A stretch of 64,000 bases of DNA from the NCBI GenBank assembly GCA_044440125.1, contig JBITAJ010000028.1, forward strand, positions 128,001-192,000, read 5' to 3'. This document shows positions 62,115-64,000 of the stretch, in pieces. Under the pieces are notes generated by a model. It saw only the letters and a program-made list of their open reading frames with translations. It made no database searches and was not told the origin of the DNA. How positions within the stretch are numbered: the first letter of the stretch is position 1; every line of letters starts with the position of its first letter. A program made the position numbers and the translations under genes. The stretch is from Sedimentisphaeraceae bacterium JB056. Lineage in GTDB: Bacteria; Planctomycetota; Phycisphaerae; Sedimentisphaerales; Sedimentisphaeraceae.

Positions 62115-63812
62115 TTATTCAGTTATGATTGGGAAAATCCCGTTATCAAGCCATTCTGTAACCAGAAGAGAAAAATCTTCAAGGTTGATCAAACAGTCAT
62201 CATTTAGATCATACTCAGGAGAATCAACACACATAACAGGGAACAAGTTTACGTTATCGATGTATATTGTACCGCTGCCGCCTGGTGTACCGTCACCTAC
62301 AGCAATTGTCATAGATGCTATAGAAGCCATATCAATACTTGGGTTATTTACCTCAAAGTCACGCAGATCGATATACCAGATAGTCCAGATAAGAGAACTG
62401 TCTGTGTCTACATCAGCTTTCTGTGTAACGTAAGGCACATCACAAACAACGGTAGAAGTGTTTGTTCCATCTGTCAAACTTACAGATAATTGTTCATCGC
62501 TATTGTTAACATCACCATAAACCCATACGCTCATTGAATAAGCACTTGAACATGCTATATTCTCTTCAGGGAAACTATAGCTTACAGCACTGTTTACATA
62601 TGGAGAAGATGAAAGATCATAAGTCAGAGTCATAGAAGAAGCTCCACGGGCAATATCTGTTTCAATACCAAGTATTGAATTAGAAGCGTTCCATTCTGTT
62701 TCAAGCTCTGTCTGATCTGCATATTCGAACCAGTACATTTTGTAATAAGTACGAGTTGTAAAGCTCCATACATCACCTTCTACAGTTGTGCTGGCTCCAA
62801 CTTCATCAACTCTCCAGTAATAAGTGGTGCCAAATTCAAGGCCGCAGAATTCATATTCCGGAGTAGCTAAACCGGCCTCAACAAGCTCAAGATTCTCTGC
62901 GTCAGTACCGAGATAAAGATTCCAAGAAGAACCTGCACCGCCGGCAGTCCATGCAGCATCAACAATCGTGTTTGTTGGAGAACCGTCAGCAGGAGTCGGA
63001 GTATTAGGCTTTGCCAGAATGGAATTATTTGGTGACATTACATTTGTCCATGTACCATCATAAGCGATGTAAGGAGTTGTCGTATCACCATCAGTAACAA
63101 CCTGACCGGCAGAATTCAAAGCAAGTATCATACTTTCGACATCACCTTTAACTCTTAAAATACCATCTTGAGTTACGTCAATTATAACATCTTCGCCATC
63201 ACCTATTACGAGGTTATTAACCTCAAGAACACCGCTGCCTGAAAGTGTAGTTCTTACCCGAGAATAACTGTCGAGATCACCAGGGGCAACAAATCCACTT
63301 GCCCTATAGCTTGTACTTCCGGTACTGGTGACATACATTCTTGCATTGTCAGTAATAATAAGATTCGCTCTTGCAATAGCACCGGTTGTCCCATCATAAT
63401 TACCTGTGCAAAGAGCAATAGAACCAGTCTGAACATAAGCACTGTCACTTAAAGTTATGACACAGCCATCATTAGGCTCAGTACCTGTAGTATTATTATC
63501 ATAGACGTACCAGTAACCTGCATTAATAAAGCTGCTGTCACCCTGGAAATAAACCGCCAGTGAATAATCATCATAACTCGATCCACCAAACATCCACAAC
63601 ATTCTGCTGGTGCTTATGCTTTCACCATCAACAACATAAACTTCTTCATCATAGCCATGAACTTGCAACTGATTAGCAGAATCAGGATAACCAAGATCCC
63701 AGTTGGCAGATGTAGTCCAGCGATGATCGCCTGCAGCTCCTGTCCAAACATTAGCAGCGAATGCCGATGCAGCCGCTAAAACTACAATTACAAAAACCAT
63801 CATTTTCTTCAT
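62115..63812 (-). CDS. Secreted acidic surface protein with FN3-like YYWRVDE module, CBM-like domain and dockerin-like C-terminus
   Basis: Signal peptide, WTGAAGDHRWTTSANW N-terminus, TYYWRVDEV...GDVWSFTT, IYIDNVNL, C-terminal DLNDDCLINLEDFSLLVTEWL. Confidence 0.8.
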   Translation of the reverse strand: MKKMMVFVIVVLAAASAFAANVWTGAAGDHRWTTSANWDLGYPDSANQLQVHGYDEEVYVVDGESISTSRMLWMFGGSSYDDYSLAVYFQGDSSFINAGYWYVYDNNTTGTEPNDGCVITLSDSAYVQTGSIALCTGNYDGTTGAIARANLIITDNARMYVTSTGSTSYRASGFVAPGDLDSYSRVRTTLSGSGVLEVNNLVIGDGEDVIIDVTQDGILRVKGDVESMILALNSAGQVVTDGDTTTPYIAYDGTWTNVMSPNNSILAKPNTPTPADGSPTNTIVDAAWTAGGAGSSWNLYLGTDAENLELVEAGLATPEYEFCGLEFGTTYYWRVDEVGASTTVEGDVWSFTTRTYYKMYWFEYADQTELETEWNASNSILGIETDIARGASSMTLTYDLSSSPYVNSAVSYSFPEENIACSSAYSMSVWVYGDVNNSDEQLSVSLTDGTNTSTVVCDVPYVTQKADVDTDSSLIWTIWYIDLRDFEVNNPSIDMASIASMTIAVGDGTPGGSGTIYIDNVNLFPVMCVDSPEYDLNDDCLINLEDFSLLVTEWLDNGIFPIITE

Positions 63813-63897
63813 AGTGCTACTCCTTTAAAATAAGTAATTAATTTTTCATTGTTATTGCAACAATTTTTATTTACAGTTTTATACTCGGATTATTATA

Positions 63898-64000
63898 CTA
63901 AAACTCCTGAGGATCAATTACAACATGCTTGACTCTCAGTCTTTTCCATGTGTAGGTTATATGAACCAATCCATCATCAGCTTGAATCACTGCCGGATAT
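63898..64000 (-). CDS. C-terminal fragment of another BNR/sialidase-fold protein (start outside window)
   Basis: Manual translation [33 protein letters not shown], closely matching YPAIIQADDGMVHITYTWNRLR in the 59609-62038 protein. Confidence 0.85.
   Translation of the reverse strand, partial: YPAVIQADDGLVHITYTWKRLRVKHVVIDPQEF

Overview
Bacterial chromosomal window, most likely from a planctomycete of the Phycisphaerae/Sedimentisphaerales type. This is inferred from a prepilin/H-X9-DG protein, secreted LamG proteins with dockerin-like C-termini, and REP-like elements. The left half (1-29 kb) is mostly housekeeping: a truncated multi-PAS sensor, DUF2284, an NDP-sugar epimerase, Fe-ADH, ileS, ktrA/trkA, an UpxY/RfaH-like NusG paralog, lysS, tig, tRNA-Gly, monomeric icd, a CHASE4 kinase, dprA, MBL and HD hydrolases, tRNA-Val, an alginate-lyase-fold protein, an orphan trpB, an ArsC-like protein and a SulP transporter. 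It also holds a 1.35-kb integrase-less islet: one AAA+/PD-(D/E)XK gene flanked by a 39-bp direct repeat of the icd 3' end, with its own palindromic operator and leaderless promoter. The right half (29-64 kb, running off the end) is a large glycan-utilisation locus with no SusC/SusD or ABC transporter in view. It encodes five sialidase-fold (GH33/BNR) enzymes, GH42, GH1, GH127, two SSS symporters, three AraC regulators, a pseudopilin-like protein, acidic modular surface proteins, a PAL-like NHL lipoprotein, and a non-canonical catabolic set (Gfo/Idh and Zn dehydrogenases, FucI-like isomerase, FGGY kinase, class II aldolase, and a DapA-family enzyme with L-KDA-dehydratase-like rather than NanA motifs). 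All family calls come from reading motifs by eye; no database searches were run.
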